Assembly (NCBI GenBank): GCA_020137815.1
Contig: CM035354.1
Location: 248,001-312,000, forward strand
Direction: 5' to 3'
DNA: 64,000 nucleotides
Source: Hormiphora californensis
Lineage: Eukaryota > Animalia > Ctenophora
In this document: piece after piece, positions 23,391-37,651 of the stretch
Numbering within the stretch: position 1 is the first letter of the stretch
Layout of the letters: every line of letters begins with the position of its first letter
The notes under the pieces: model-generated
What the model was told of the DNA's origin: nothing
The model's input: only the letters and a program-made list of their open reading frames with translations
Database searches by the model: none
Position numbers and translations under genes: made by a program

Positions 23391-24521
23391 CTGCACAGGG
23401 GGGGGGGGGGGTGTTAGGTGCAGGTTGTCATGGTTACGAATTGTGAGATGCAGTAACAAGTTATCAAAACTACTTCAAAATCTCAATATTATATCGATCT
23501 AGCCTAGCTTAATTTGAAACTTGTCCTACAAGTGATGTCTCTCGAGCAAAAAGAAAAACCCACGCATAACAAAATGAGAGCAGCGACAATGGCCCGCAAT
23601 TGCATATATTTAACAAAATAAGGGCTCTCTCTCTCTCTCTCTCTCTGTGTCGAGCTAGGAAGATGCGTCATGTGACGTAAGCTATATAGCCGCCATGTGT
23701 ATTACCTAATCTATATCGAGTCCTTGTCTTCCCGCGGCTGCGGCGGCCATTCGTAACGCGTGTCCTATTATGGTATGTGTGTCACGTGTCATCACACAAG
23801 GGATCACGTGACCCGGGGTGCCTGAGCTGCTGTGGTGTCACTTTACCCAGAGCGGAAGAAAAAGGGGTGAGAGAGAGTGAAAACCTAACGAGGGAGAGAA
23901 TGAAACGAGGAGGAGAGAGATTGTGACACATAAGCTGTGTAGCAGGATACTGAACAGATTTAGGGTACAAGTTAGGGGACGGAAATTGAAAGGATATGTA
24001 CGATACCGCTATAGCTAATTCGATTTGGGGCCAGAGAAAGGTTTCATCAAAAGGCAATACTATCAGAAAAGATGAGGGGGAGAGCTCAGTATCCTCAGAT
24101 TAACAAACAAACAATGACTGCAGATAAACGGGTCAGGGGAGACGTGTCTCGAGACAAGTCAGGAATTAATAGATAAACTTGCTGAATGCTGATATTGATT
24201 GTAATAATTAACTGATAGTCACAATTATCCTGAAACCCATCAATTGGTATTACATCCTATATAACTGTTAGCAAGGGTGAAAACACATGAACACCGTTCA
24301 TTGAATAGTTCGAACTCTGAGGGCGTGCAAAAGAGAGTCTCAACTCTCAATATAAAGAAGGAATACGATTCTGTGTTGTCTACTTTGCGATGCTGTCTAT
24401 AATAATGTTGGGCAAGTCCCCCCGTTGGGCGGCCGGATGACCTAGACAATCTGTTGAGTGAGCAGATGCATGGCAAAATAGTATGGAAAGTTGCGGTTCC
24501 CAAACTACTCAATTAATACAC

Positions 24522-24571
<50 letters not shown>

Positions 24572-24572
24572 T

Positions 24573-27500
24573 CTTAGGAGTTCTTGCTTGTTCTCTTCTC
24601 TCGTTACTGCCCTCCACTCTCATCTCTCCCCTCTCTCTTTTACACCAGAACGACAATAGGACATAAAAGCATGAATAACAAATACGGAAGTGAATTCAAG
24701 AAGAAGGTAGGAATTTCCTTCGCCTGAAGGGCGAACTGCGGATTCAGACATTCTGTTTCCGAATCTGTCCCCAAAACGGCGCCGTCTTAGCAGGTATCAA
24801 GTGAAGGGCATTCACCGTTGTCTTTCTCCAGGTAAACTGGGTCCCTTTTCCGCTAAATGTGGATACTACGCCTTCAAATGGTCAACTTTTCTTTGGGGGC
24901 CCAATCTATCGATTTTCCCCTCCTCAGATTTGCTTCCCACTCACCCCCCGGGCAATTATCGATCCGTCTTGTTGGACACGACCCCCGCACCACCCCTGTG
25001 CTGAAAAGGTCTTCAGATGCCTCAGAGTGGAAAGTCCTACTATTGACGAGATAAAAACAATCAATCCTGAGACTCTCAGAAGTAAATGACAAGGTGTAAC
25101 ATTTTATCCACCACGGAAACATGATGACCGTACTACCCCAAACAATTTCTGACATGGAATGCAAATACCACGGAAATGATGTCTGCTTACCATCCTCCGC
25201 ACCGTAAACTTCAATGGGGAGCTGTTTGACAAAGAGTCAAAAGTGATACGTGTATTACTTCACCCAAACAGTCTTGCAGTAAATGTAAAAAAAAAAGCAC
25301 TTCCTGCTCCGACAAAAAGTTACAGTTAGAAATATCACCCCCCAGAACCCTAATAAAAACCCGACCAAACCGGAACCCCCCAGGGCCCCCAAATCAAATT
25401 ATCCCGGTACCTATGTTGCAAAGGGTCCCGGGACAAAAACCCGAGTTGCAGGTTTTTTCTGCATTTTAAAGGACCATGTCCCCCCCGGCGAAAAGGGTTT
25501 TCCCCCCCCTGCGCCAGCAGTACACCCAATCCCTAAAAACCCCCAAAAAAACCCAAAACCAAAGGAATGACCCTACCCCGGCCCACAACTCATTGTCCCC
25601 CGCCACTGGTTCAACCCCGGTAAATGCTTCTGTTTAACATCCCTGGTATGAACCCATCATTCCGGGACAGAACACAAGATCACCCAAATTTTGCGAAGGG
25701 TGCAAACTTTAAAAACCCGGACCCCCTTCTTTGTTGACCGAGACACTCTCAATTCACTCACTCGATGCTGGGGACCATTGAAAAGGGTTTTTCGGTTTAC
25801 GAGAACCGCTCCTGAAAACAAGGGGGCGTCGCCCCCTGTAACCCCGGGGATCTATCATGGGGGGGACCATGATTTATCACCATCTTTTGTGAACCAATGG
25901 TATAATTGGGTCTGCCAACCTCTTGAGTAGGGGTATCCCCCCCTCCTCCTTCCTTTTCAGATAGGGGAAAGGTGCTGCCCCCGGCCTTCGACAAATTTGC
26001 GATGCCCTGTGGTGAAATTTTGCCGCAAATTCCCAACTCGACCATTTGATCACGGAGACTTAAACTCCCTTTTTTGAATTGAACGACAAAACCAAAACCC
26101 CTTGGCGAAAAAGTATTGATTTTGAAGACAGCACCGAAAGGTATTCCTCTCATGGGGGATCTAAAGTTGGAACAAGTTTGTAACCGAAACCCCCACCCGG
26201 CAGGCAGAAATACTTGACTTGTAATGTGAAAAACTGCTTACACGATATAACATTTTTGGTACAACCTTTTCAGTCATGATATGGGACCCGTGCCCCATTC
26301 CAGGGGGACTCCCTGGAAAAAATGGGAAATTTTCCAAAGAACCAAGCCATGCTTTGTACCCAAAACAACCTTGATCGAATAAACATTCACAAGGCCGATT
26401 GGGGGCAAAAAACCGTGATGACCTGATGTTTTCTGATGGGAAATGGGTTTAATGCCCCTCCCCCCAAAAACTACATGGAGCCTTCAGCGACATCGTCGCA
26501 ATGGGTTTTGGGCCAACTGCCCAGAGCACCCCCCTCTAAAAAGTAATCTTTTATCCCCAGAAAGGAGGTTCTTTAAGGGGAAAAAGGAACTCAATACAAG
26601 ATCAAGGGATTAAACACTTAGACCTTATAAAAACAATTTAAAAAATTAAAACTCCAAATTAAGTAAATTGGTTAGAATGGGATTAGCATTGCTAAACAGG
26701 GATACGAGAGGAAATTACTGCCCCTTAGCAAAAGAAAACGATCCCAAACATTCTATTTTTAACCAAAAAAAAAAGAGTTCTGCCATGAATAGGCCCCTAA
26801 AGACAAAAAATGGTGTTTTTACAAACAGCCCTTTTTTTATGGCTAACATATTGCAAGAACAATATAAAAAGTGGTTCGCCCCCGCTGCGACAGAACTCAG
26901 ACCAAAAAAAAACTTTTTCCGAAAAGAACTCAAAATTCAAAAAAAGTATCTGGTTTTAAAGGCGTACAAAAACTCCCCTTTTGGATCCCCACCCGGGGCC
27001 GACTTCCCGGCCCCATATTTAAAGGAGGCTGGTGCCCTCCTCTCGCCTGTAATGGCGAACTTATGCGAAAGTCTTTTACACAGGGGATATGTCCCATTTT
27101 TCAAACAAAAGACGATTGTAACTTGTTTAAAAAGGGAGTAAGCTTTTTGGGTAAAAAAATATAGGGCCGGTATTTAACCCCCCACTTGGCCAAAAATAGG
27201 CCGAAAAGAGTTTTTCAGATACCAATTTTTTCGACTTCGTGGAAATTTGGTTTCTTTACAAATGCCAGCAGGGGGGAGAACCCGGGGGGAATTCTTCCAA
27301 ATGGTACCACCCTCGATATTATCATGACCTCGAACAAGGGTACAAGTGGTTGTTTTACCTCGATTAGCAGCATACGACCGAGTAAACCCCTAAACTCCTT
27401 CAAAGTTGGGGTATGTGGTTGGGGGGCAACCCCCCACAAATGGTTTTTTAAATCTTCCCAAAACCCAAAAGGGCTCAAATCGGGGGCGTGAACGGCAAAC

Positions 27501-28511
27501 TGAGCCCCCCCGCGATGTCCCTTGGGGGTCCCCCCAGGGCAAGTGTTGGCAGCCCTTTTTTTCCCCATTTTTCTGAATGATATCCGATGCCACCAACATT
27601 CCAAAATAAAACTCTTTGTTTACGATTCTAAAGTCCCCAAAAGAATGCCCTGAAAAATGATGAGCCTCCTCCTTGAGGGGCCCTGGAGAGAATTGTACTT
27701 TGGGGTAAAAAAAGTATGGATTTAAAACCCTCGTTTCCAATTTTCTACCTGGGAAACAAAAAAGGAGCTGAAAAAACCGTACACTCCCCAAAATTAGACT
27801 GAAATCGAAATTTTAGGGAAGTGCGAGACTTAGGAAATCCTGATAGATGGCCCCTCTCGGGAAGGCGGCACATACGGTTAGGGGTTAAAAAAAACCAAGA
27901 AAAAGGCCTCTGGATCCGAGATCCTTTACACGAAAAACCGGAACACTGCTCCCCTTTTACAAGGCGATGTAAAAACCCCACCTTTATATTGCTCTCGCTG
28001 GGTTCCCCTTTATTGGGGAGATTGAACGACTTAGGCAATCCAAATCCTTTCACATCTCTGGGAAAAATGCGACAATCTTTATTTCTGGGACGTCTCCAAA
28101 ATTCCTAGGGTGTTGTCCCAAAAGAAACGTGACAGATTCAAATCCTGACTAGGGGGAAATATGGCGAGGTCTACCCAAACCATAGAAAACATTTTGGAAC
28201 TCCCCAAAACGGCCAATGCAGAACGTCCCTGGGAAAGGCCCCCTTGAAAAAGGGGTCAACACGATGATTTAAAATCCTTTACATCATCTGCATAGCACTT
28301 TTCAAAGCTATGCCTGCCCATATGAACACAGGAATCCGCCGGCGCTAAAAGCCCCTTTTATCCTCCTGGGTGGATAAACCCCATAAACCCCCCGGCGGGC
28401 TTTGTTGTCCTAAACACAATGTGAGACTGGGTTAAGTACAGGCTTACACAAAGGTAAAACCCACGCTTAAAAACGCTAAAAAAACCCTTCTTTAAGGTTT
28501 ATAGTTTTTCC

Positions 28512-28514
<3 letters not shown>
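24573..28514 (+). mobile_element. Degenerate or low-accuracy CR1-like LINE (APE endonuclease plus RT), flanked by (CT)n
   Basis: Frameshifted remnants resembling GVPQGSVL..LF..F.NDI and (Y/F)ADD at ~27520-27630, and WSP..EIERLE.IQ..FT / ERL..L...RRDR at ~28000-28140. Confidence 0.7.
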
Positions 28515-28577
<63 letters not shown>

Positions 28578-28641
28578 CTGAACACACAAACTACAACTAG
28601 CTACATAAAGAAAGTGAATAACATAATTGCGGAAGTGAAAT

Positions 28642-30153
28642 TCAAGAGGAGGTATTTCCGCGTCGTGAGACGAAGCCCATTTCAAGCATTCTGTTTCGAA
28701 CCCGATCCGCAAATGGGCCACGGTTAGCAGGTCTCTTGTAGGAAGTGGCACTTCCCGTTCCCTTCTCTCCAGTCTGATCTTTTTGCAGCATGTATGATGG
28801 GATACTACGTTTCTTCATAATGGGTTCACATTTCTTGAGTGTCTCCAATCTCTCCGCTTCCTTCTCCTCCTCAGATTTCTCTCCATCCACCAGCCTGGCA
28901 ATTATCCGATCCGTCTTAGGGCACACCGACAAGTCAGCCAGCTCCCTCCGTGCTGCAAACTTGGTCTTCAGATCGCCCGTCATGAGCTGGAGAGTCCTAC
29001 TATTCGGTCGGAGGACAATCTCGGCAAACTTCTCAGACCTCATGTTATACACCACCGTGTCACATGTAGCCACCACGGTAAACATGTACCTCTCCTCTCC
29101 ACACAACTGCTCCAAACCTCCCACAAACTCACCCGCCCCCACGTCCATCATCTCAAATTGTACCCTCTTATTCCTCTGTTGTAGCTCCGTACTAGGCCGG
29201 TGTTGGACTGCCTCGGGGAGCGCTGCTTTTGGGACACACACGTCTAGGTAGATCCGAGCAAAGCCGCTCTTTATCAACAGGACCGTCTTGGCAGGGTCAC
29301 CCTTTTTAACTAGAGTGTGACCGTGGAGAAAGTGCTCCTCGAGCATCTCGTGGAGAAGGGATGATTTGAGGGTTTTGGTGAGGCGCCGTGCAATATAGTG
29401 CTCCCCCAGCAGCTTCTCTTTCTCCGTTATGGTGTTCATGTAGTGCTGGTCCACTATTCCCTCCTGACAACACTTGGGAATTACTAGCAAAACACACGGC
29501 TCGTTTGTCACAAACGTGTACAGATCAGCTGCTGTGGGAATGGTCTTTTGGTGTCGCATGGCGGGACCACCAAAATACGATCCTTCGGAGTAGTCGATGA
29601 TTGATTTTCCATACAAAATTGTTCTACTCACTACAGCCTCGTTATTTTCGGGTGTGTCACCCCGCCGGGCCTCTGCAGATGATGGCTTCGTAGCGGCCAC
29701 TTTAGCTTGCTCAATCATCATCTTCCTCTGTTCTAGTAGGTTAGTTACCATGTTAATGACGACCGTCCTTCTCTCCTCAGGGCTCAACACTTTCTGTACA
29801 ACTTTATCCTGTTTCTTCTTTCCCTCTTCTTCCTTTCCTTTCTCACCATCATCCTTGTCATCTTCCAGATCCTTGTGCTCTTTGCTCGTCAGGCTGGACT
29901 GGTTTAGTGTTTTGTGACACAACGATAACTTCCCCCTCAACAAAATATTAAGGTGGTCCGCAGTGTTCTTTACGGGGCAGTCTGTGTCGAGGGTTTCAAT
30001 GATTGCCTCCCGGAGTATCTGACAAGCCTCCCGATCTGAGAGATAGTAGAACAAATCACATTTCTCTTTGAGCGCCGAGATATTCAGTTGGATGTGGAAG
30101 TCTGTTCGATGTTCCTTGGGTAGGGAGAGCAGGTCGATTAGAGATAGAGACAT
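28642..30153 (-). CDS. Cyclic-nucleotide-binding (cNMP/CAP-like) domain protein, single-exon 503-aa ORF
   Basis: Long clean ORF with LVKKGDPAKTVLLIKSG...VGAGEFVGGLEQLCGEERYMFTVVATCDTVVY (cNMP beta-roll), plus a partial upstream domain (YSEGSYFG). Confidence 0.8.
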   Translation of the reverse strand: MSLSLIDLLSLPKEHRTDFHIQLNISALKEKCDLFYYLSDREACQILREAIIETLDTDCPVKNTADHLNILLRGKLSLCHKTLNQSSLTSKEHKDLEDDKDDGEKGKEEEGKKKQDKVVQKVLSPEERRTVVINMVTNLLEQRKMMIEQAKVAATKPSSAEARRGDTPENNEAVVSRTILYGKSIIDYSEGSYFGGPAMRHQKTIPTAADLYTFVTNEPCVLLVIPKCCQEGIVDQHYMNTITEKEKLLGEHYIARRLTKTLKSSLLHEMLEEHFLHGHTLVKKGDPAKTVLLIKSGFARIYLDVCVPKAALPEAVQHRPSTELQQRNKRVQFEMMDVGAGEFVGGLEQLCGEERYMFTVVATCDTVVYNMRSEKFAEIVLRPNSRTLQLMTGDLKTKFAARRELADLSVCPKTDRIIARLVDGEKSEEEKEAERLETLKKCEPIMKKRSIPSYMLQKDQTGEKGTGSATSYKRPANRGPFADRVRNRMLEMGFVSRRGNTSS

Positions 30154-31599
30154 GATAAAATCCAGTGGGGTTACCTAGGTAAAGTTGTGATTGCACGTGC
30201 AAAACGGTGACTGGAGATGGGTATTGGAGACTGGATCAGTAATGCGGGGTTCACACTTTATTTAGCGTTTTCGTCCGATAGTCGATACTGCAGCTTGATT
30301 CATGACGTAATTATACCGTTTGAAAAAGTGTGAAATTACGAGCTCTAGACGTTATATGCTGCTGGTGGTAAAACCAGCTGCAAGAGAGAGAAAGGGAGGC
30401 AGAGAGAGAGAATGAATCTCGAAGAAGAGGATACCTAACTTCCGCCGCACCCCACCGTCTAGCCGACATGAGTAAGGGTATTGGTTAGTTGGTCGAGTTG
30501 CTGCAGCAGTAGTCAAAACATTGTTTGTGCAACTGTGCTACGTAGTTTTTGCTCAGATTTTCACTTAACATCAGAAATTAGGAAACCTCTATTAGGAAAC
30601 ATTACATAATTTCATCTAGATAATTAGCCCATTGGTTTGTATCAGTATTCTGTTGCATCATCAATTTAGGAGTGACTAGAGATCTGGAGAGAGAGAGGGG
30701 GGGGGGGGGCTAATCAGAAAAAAATAAAATTGGGGTCTACTGTTAAAAGAAACCTTTTGCGGGGGGTGGTGCCGCCCCCTAAAAATTAGGGCAGCCCCCC
30801 CCACCCCCACCCCCCCCCACCCCCTTTTATTTTTTTTTCCCCCCCCCCCCCCCCTTTTCCCCCCCTTCCCCCCCCCCCCCCCCCCTCCCCCCCCCCAGGT
30901 AACCTTTTTTCCTCCCAGTTCGATTTCCCTGTTTTTCAGCCCCCTATGCTTTTTTGATCAAAATCTTTCCCATTTTTTTTTTCATTTCTCTCCCCCCTTT
31001 TCCTCATTTTTTTTGAGCGCTCCCGAAAGGGGGGTTGAGCCTCGATCATGTGATGCGGGAAAACGTGCACGGCGAAAACTTTGTTTCTCTCTCTTCTCTC
31101 TCTATTAAATAACAATCTCTCTATTTCTCTCCCTCTCGCTCCGTTTCCCTTACTTCTTTTTCCCCGAGTTTATCCAAATACTTAGATCAGCACAATTGAG
31201 ATAGCTTTTTTTTTTTTTTTGTGGGGGGAAGAGATTTAGAGAGCCACCCCCCATAAAAGATGGAGGGGGAAGAAGTTTTTCGGGCTTAGACCACCGTGGG
31301 GGGAATTTTGGGGTTTTGGTTTAAACTCTCGGAGCTGCTTATTTTACAGTTTTTTTTTATCCAGTTTATCTTCTTGATTTTATTCCAAATCCATATATTC
31401 CATTCTAACTACCTGTGCATGTGTTCTAAGCAGCATAGCAATAGAGTTTAGTTGGACCTATAAATAATATTCACATAGTTTTGTTAGGATGTGGTCTATT
31501 TGATGAATTTTGAGAATCATTGCGAGCTGTGGTCACCCTACACGGCGTGCCTGGTGAAATTTTAACACGACCTAGATGCAAAGGGAAACCCACTTTTAC

Positions 31600-32760
31600 G
31601 TGGTAGGAGGGTTAAGAAAGGCGCTACGGTGCGGGATAAAAAAAACCCTTCCCTAAAAACTTTTTTTTTTTTTTTATTTGATTTGGGTAAAATTGGCTAT
31701 ATTAAAAGTGGTCCCCAAAATCCATAATGACTTATCACCGAAATATGTCACCCCCACCATTTTTGCCGTAGAATCGATTGCCGTTGAAGTCAATCTCTAA
31801 AAAAACTGTAAAAAGGTCAAAAATTTTTTTTTTTTACCTTTTTTTGGGGGGGTTTGGCCCCCAAAACCATTGAAAAAGTTGAGATAGGAATTTGAAACTT
31901 GCCAAACATTAAAAAAGGTATTTTTTCTACCAAAACCCAATTTTGTGTATATCCGATTTTGGTTAGATTTTTGGGGAAATGTTGAAAACTGCCAAGGAGA
32001 ACCGTAATTGATTTTTTTGTTTTTTTTTATTTTTGGGATTTTTTACTAACTTTGATTTAAAAGGGCAATCGGGCCTGTTAAGTTGTTTTTGGGGGCAAAT
32101 TTTCACTAAAATCTAAGATTTCATCCCAAAATCCAATAACAGACTTTGATTATAAAAAATTTTAGTAGGAAAAAAACGGTCAAAAGACAACTTTTCTTGT
32201 TTTTTCACCTTTTTGCCTACTTAAATTTTCTTAAATCAACGATCGTAATTGGATTGGTATGAAATCTTGGTTTTTGTCGAAAAATTGCCCCATAAAACAA
32301 TTAAGATGGTGAAAACTTTTAAAGAAGTTAGAAAAAATGCCAAAAATCCCCCAAGAAAATCAAGGGGGTTTCCCATTTGGGTTTTTCAAAAATTTTGGGC
32401 CCAAAATTAACCAAAACGGATTCACAAAACTTGGTTCTGGTAGAAAAAAAAAAGAAAAGATTTGGGCACAGAAAACCCACCAACGTTTTAATGGTTTGGG
32501 GGCCCCAAAAACCCCCAAAAAAGGTTTTTTAAAAAAAAAAAATTTTGAATTTTTTACATTTTATTTTAGAGATTCGCTTAAACGGCAACGATTTACGGCA
32601 AAAAATAGGTAGGGGTGACATTTTCTGGATAAGTATTTGGATTTTCGGGACCATTTTAATATAGCCAATTTTGACCCAAATAAATAAAAAAGTAAAAAAA
32701 AAAGATTTTAGGAAATTTTTTTTACCCGCAGTACCCCATTCTTAACCCCACCCCCGACAA
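31600..32760. mobile_element. Decayed or low-accuracy foldback element
   Basis: Inverted blocks, e.g. AATTGGCTATATTAAAA (31691) vs TTTTAATATAGCCAATT (32654), and GGGTTAAGAA vs TTCTTAACCC near the ends. Confidence 0.55.
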
Positions 32761-34482
32761 GGGTGGTTTCCCTTCGCATCGGGAAAATTTCACCACACCC
32801 GGGCCAAATCTCGGATATCGTTATGGGACGACCCCGGGAAAAGAAAAATTTTATTGGCCCTTTCCAACAATATCCTCCCCTTTTCCCTAAAGGCCCCCCC
32901 TTCCCCTTTAAATCAAAACCCACTCCTTTGCCAAAGGGGGGGGGGGGGGGGGGGGGGGAAAAAAAAAAGGGGGAAAAAAAAAGCACGGGGGGGAAAGGCA
33001 GAAAAAAAAAATGTGGGAAAAGGGGAAGGGGGGGGAGTAGGGGGGGGGGAGAGAAAGCCCCGAAAAGGAAAAAGGAGAAGAGAGAAGAGGAGAGAGAAGG
33101 AGGAGGGAAACCGAGAGAAAGAATTAGAAAGGGGAAAGACAAGGGAAAAGAAGAAAGGGGAAAAAGAAGAGAGAGGAGAGGGAGAGGAAAGGGAAGAGAA
33201 AGGAGGGAAGGGAAAAAGGAGGAGGGACGAGAAGGAAGAGGGAGCGAGCGGAGAGAAGAGGGTCCCCTTTTTCTCTCCTCTCTTCCTCTCTTCCCTTTCT
33301 CTCCCTTTTCCTTTTTTCTTCCCCTTTTTTTTCCCCTCTTTTTCCTCTCTCTCTCTCTCTCTCTCTCCCCTCCCTTTTCCCCCCCTTTTCCCACCCCTTT
33401 TTTGGGGTGGGAAAAACAGCAGCGGGAAGTGTTTTGTTGGGGCACCTGCGGGGGTTGACATTTTCCCTTTGTTGTCAGCTCTCACCGGGCCGAAGGCCCG
33501 GTGCGGGGATTACGCGTGACAGAGCGAGCGGGGCAATCGGGGGGCAGGGTCCCCGTTTGGTGCTCATATTTTCCCTCATAGTCTGATTCGCTCTGATTAT
33601 ATTAATATTTAAAGGGTCATTTCTTCTTTCCAATCGTTATATATATATTCTCATTTCCTTCTTTCCATCTCTCATTGTGTTAGAAGTGCATAATCATTGA
33701 GCCTCAGTGGCGCTTTGGAAATTAAACTCCAGTTGGGAAGAATGAAGGATTTAGTAGTCCAATTGCAGTCCCCTTTCTAGATCACCGCTTCAATGGGGGA
33801 GGGGAAAGAAGGACAGTATTTAAAACGAGTATGATTAGATTTAATTTTCTAGGACATCTTTCTTCCTTTCTCTTATCAATAGTGCTATTCATCACGCCCC
33901 ACCTGGTTTTTGTAGGACGATTATCAGACACCCATTTGTGCAGTAATTAGTCCCCCCTCTCCGTCAGCAGTCCTGCTTCTTGCATGTAGGGGACGTTTTG
34001 AAAGTAGTGGCGCCATGGCGTACCCTGCCCCTAGATTCGTGTCCTGAGTCTTGTGCGCTTGTTGTTTAACTGGGACCGGGAAATTCCTGAATCGGCTGGT
34101 AGTTGCGGTGACCGATTTGAGAGGTCAGAGAGAAGAAGAGAGAGAGAGAGGGGGAGAGAGAAGAAGAGAGAGGGAGGGAGAGAGAAAAGAAGGAACCGGG
34201 GTTAATTGAGTTTGAGGTGTGGCTGTTGAATTTGCCTATGCTCCACTTCGGTAATGCTTTATATTCCTTCATAATTTATTAATTTGGGTGCACCTTTGCG
34301 CTGTTAGAGGGTCATTCTGAATATTGATTAACTTGTAATATTATTTCTCCATCCTCTATCCAGCACAGTAATTGGTTTTGTTTCTTATTACTATAAGGTG
34401 CTGTAGAGCTGCTCGTTATAGTGCAATTATGGTCTATAATTGCATCTCTCCAATCACCACATGCCATATTGGTTTCGTAGTC

Positions 34483-34592
34483 TAGTGGGAGACACTAGCG
34501 TGGTACGCGCAAAAAAATGCGCGCCCCATACCTAAAATAACAGGTGTGTGGCGCACATTTTTTTGCGCGTACCACGCTAGTGTCTCCCACTA
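34483..34592. mobile_element. Small palindromic MITE, Academ-like (TAG...CTA termini, 3-bp TSD GTC)
   Basis: GTC|TAGTGGGAGACACTAGCGTGGTACGCGC...GCGCGTACCACGCTAGTGTCTCCCACTA|GTC. Confidence 0.65.
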
Positions 34593-35125
34593 GTCCTAAT
34601 AGGAATCAAGTACTGATGCAGTGAGAGAGGGAGAGGGAAATTGAATGAACCTGTGAGACAGCGTGGAAATGAGAGAGAGAGTGAGCATGAGACAGAGCGA
34701 TAGAGAAAGAGGGAGAGAACCGACACCCTCGGCTCCGTCTCTTCTCCACCGAATGTCTGCCACAGGATAGAGATCTCTCTCTTTTTGGCCATTGTGCCGG
34801 TGTTTTCAGCTCTCGTGTGATCCGAGGTGGCATCCCAGAAGGAGGGATCGAGAGGAGAGAGAGAGAGGGTTGTGAGAAGGAGAGATCTAGATGTTGAGAA
34901 GTCTAAGAGAGAAAGAGAGAATAATGCAAAATGACTGGAGAGAGAAAGAGAGAACCATGTAAAATGACTGGAGAGAGAAAGAGAGAAACTTGTAAAAAGA
35001 TTGGAGAGAGAAAGAGGAGATAGTTGCACCAGTGTGCATAACTTTGTTAGCTAAAGTAGCTCTTCCCAGTTCCCAGCTTCACCCTTCGGTCCCCGCGTGC
35101 AGCAACAATTGAGATAGAGAGATAT

Positions 35126-35234
<109 letters not shown>

Positions 35235-36249
35235 CTTGTAATTGTGTGGTTCACTGCGTATACACATACCCCCAACTCATTTAATGTGCAGAGGTGCATT
35301 TTCCTGTACGCTAAATTGTTACATGTTGTAGGTACCTGTGATGTAGGCCTTGTCCGCCGGCTCCCTCGACCCTTCTCCCCTCTTTGTTAGTTATCAAATA
35401 AGTGCCTTTTTAGGTGAATTCAGGTTTCCACACGAGTGGAAACCTGAATTAATCAACTCCTACTAAAGTTCTTCATCATCTCAGAAGTCCTAGTGCAGCA
35501 CTGCTAACATTATGACGAACCTAAAGTGCCCTGCTTTAACTTCTCATTGTGAGAGACTTGTTTAATTCTGCAGCTCAGGGTACCAGTGGTGCTTCACCTA
35601 ATAAAGTGTGATGTGCCTGGTAGCTCTCTCAGAGAATTAAATGAATTCAAGTTCAGGGATCTCAAATAACAGACCCCCCCCCCTGCCTAGTGAGAGAGAG
35701 AGATAGAGAGAGAGAGAGAGATAGATAGAGAGATAGAGAGTGAGAGAGAGAGAGAGATAGAGAGTGAAGAATATGGGCTGGGGATAGCCCGAGATTTTGT
35801 TGTCAGACTTGTTGTTCATTGTTCTAATATCTCCTAATGCGCCCCTCTGTCACCTCTCTCTCTCTCTCAAAGAGTTCCCTGGACTCTGTCAGTCTGTCAG
35901 CACAGTCCAGTCGTCCCTGATATCTCTCAGCCTCCATGTGATCATATTCTCTCGCCCTCATTCTTTCTCCCCCCCAGTAAATTTAATTAGCCCTGGTTAA
36001 TCTGAGAAAGACCCTACGGGCTCACTAGGACTATACTGGATTATAATCATACCTGTAGTCGTGGGATCTTGGTCTCATTGCAAGAGAGAAGCCTTTGAGA
36101 GAAGCCTTTAGTAGCAAGCTTTCACTCACCTATTTTCTTGAAATTGCTACGAATTGTTTGGCTCCCACTATTTGTTCTGTAATTGTATATCCCGTATATA
36201 TAGTAAAACCCTGCTGAATGCGAATTCTATAGTATTTTAGTATTTTAAA

Positions 36250-37559
36250 ATGCGGGCACTAGTTCTGGTGTATCTCATTGTGGCTTATTGCAGTGCGTAC
36301 AGTTCCGGCCGATCAAGGGTGAGTGAAAAGTGGGACGTTATTGCGGTATTAGATCAAGTGGTAGGGTGGGACGTTATTGTGGTACTAGATCAAGTGGTAG
36401 GGTGGGACGTTATTGTGGTACTAGATCAAGTGGTAGGGTGAGTGAAGAGTGGTTTTATTGTGGTTAGAAGTGTTAGGGTTCGTGAAGAGTGGGACGGTAT
36501 TGTTCAGGGTTAGTGAAGATCGTTGTTCATGCTATACTGACTACTGTTTATCAGGGGCGGGAGGTCGTATGGGTATTCTGGAGTTATAAGTATACTGTGG
36601 TAACTAAAAAGAGTAGTGGTAGTAGTCTGTAGTGTATGGACTTTTTTGCTTTTTTTTAATAATTGTTAACCGGATACCCTCGGTTAAGATAAACTCTGAG
36701 GGGTATAACAACCTCCCACTTCTTTCGAATTTTATCAGCCGATAATGTTATAGGGCGGGCACGTGAATCTGTTATCTGATTTGACACAATAAAATGAGTT
36801 AATTATAAGTTCAATATGCCAAAGTTGGATATTTTATCAAATTTTATCATTTATTATAGGGCTAGGGGTGTCGGGCAATTTTCTAGTAACCCACCCAATT
36901 CACCTATAACTGCAGGGCCTCGAAGCCTATTGGGCATAATTTTTGGGGTACGTTATACTAGCATGGGAGGGGCAGCTAAACTGATAAGCAAATTCTCACA
37001 TATAATCACCTGCAGGTGACTGGTGGCCGAAGGAAGGGAGGTGAAGGTGGCTCGTCAGCTGGCGGGGGAGTAAAGAAGTTCCCCCACCAAGGTGACTTTA
37101 TCGAGGTAAACATGCAGTTCTTGTATCATGTTCCTTTCTGTTTTAGTGCACGTGTTTTATCCAAGCAGATAGATAAAATAATTTGAATTAATCCCATTTC
37201 TTCTATCTATGATCCTAAATGCTTTCTCTTTCTCTCTCTCTCCCATTCCGAATGCTTATATTTGGTTGAAACTCCGTGCTTGTCCCCCAAGCCCACATAG
37301 TTGATTTAAATGCAGCACAGGACCGTGGAAGAAATCTCCCACGCGCCTCCCTCCCTTCGAGCATTCTGATTGGTCCATCGTGTACCACGTGACTAGAATA
37401 CTGCACTATGATTGGTTGGTTCTCTCTGCGTTTAAATTCATGTGAATAATCACACAAGGTCAGGAAGGAGGAGAGATATGCTGTTAAAATGACATACTCA
37501 AAAATCTTCACGACTCGCATACACGTTGTTTTAAAGCACCTACTCAAATAGGTCACGTG

Positions 37560-37651
<92 letters not shown>

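Noticed and set aside
24800-28500. Homopolymer-biased decay of the LINE as biological hypermutation
   Set aside because: More simply explained by unpolished long-read errors in repeats. Raw reads are needed to say otherwise.
28642-30153. cNMP gene nested in a 5' intron of the ETS gene
   Set aside because: Possible, but no upstream ETS exon could be identified from sequence alone.
30700-33550. Lys/Gly/Arg-rich ORFs and extreme homopolymer content
   Set aside because: The pattern fits low-accuracy consensus over GA/CT-rich repeats, and there are no protein-like motifs.
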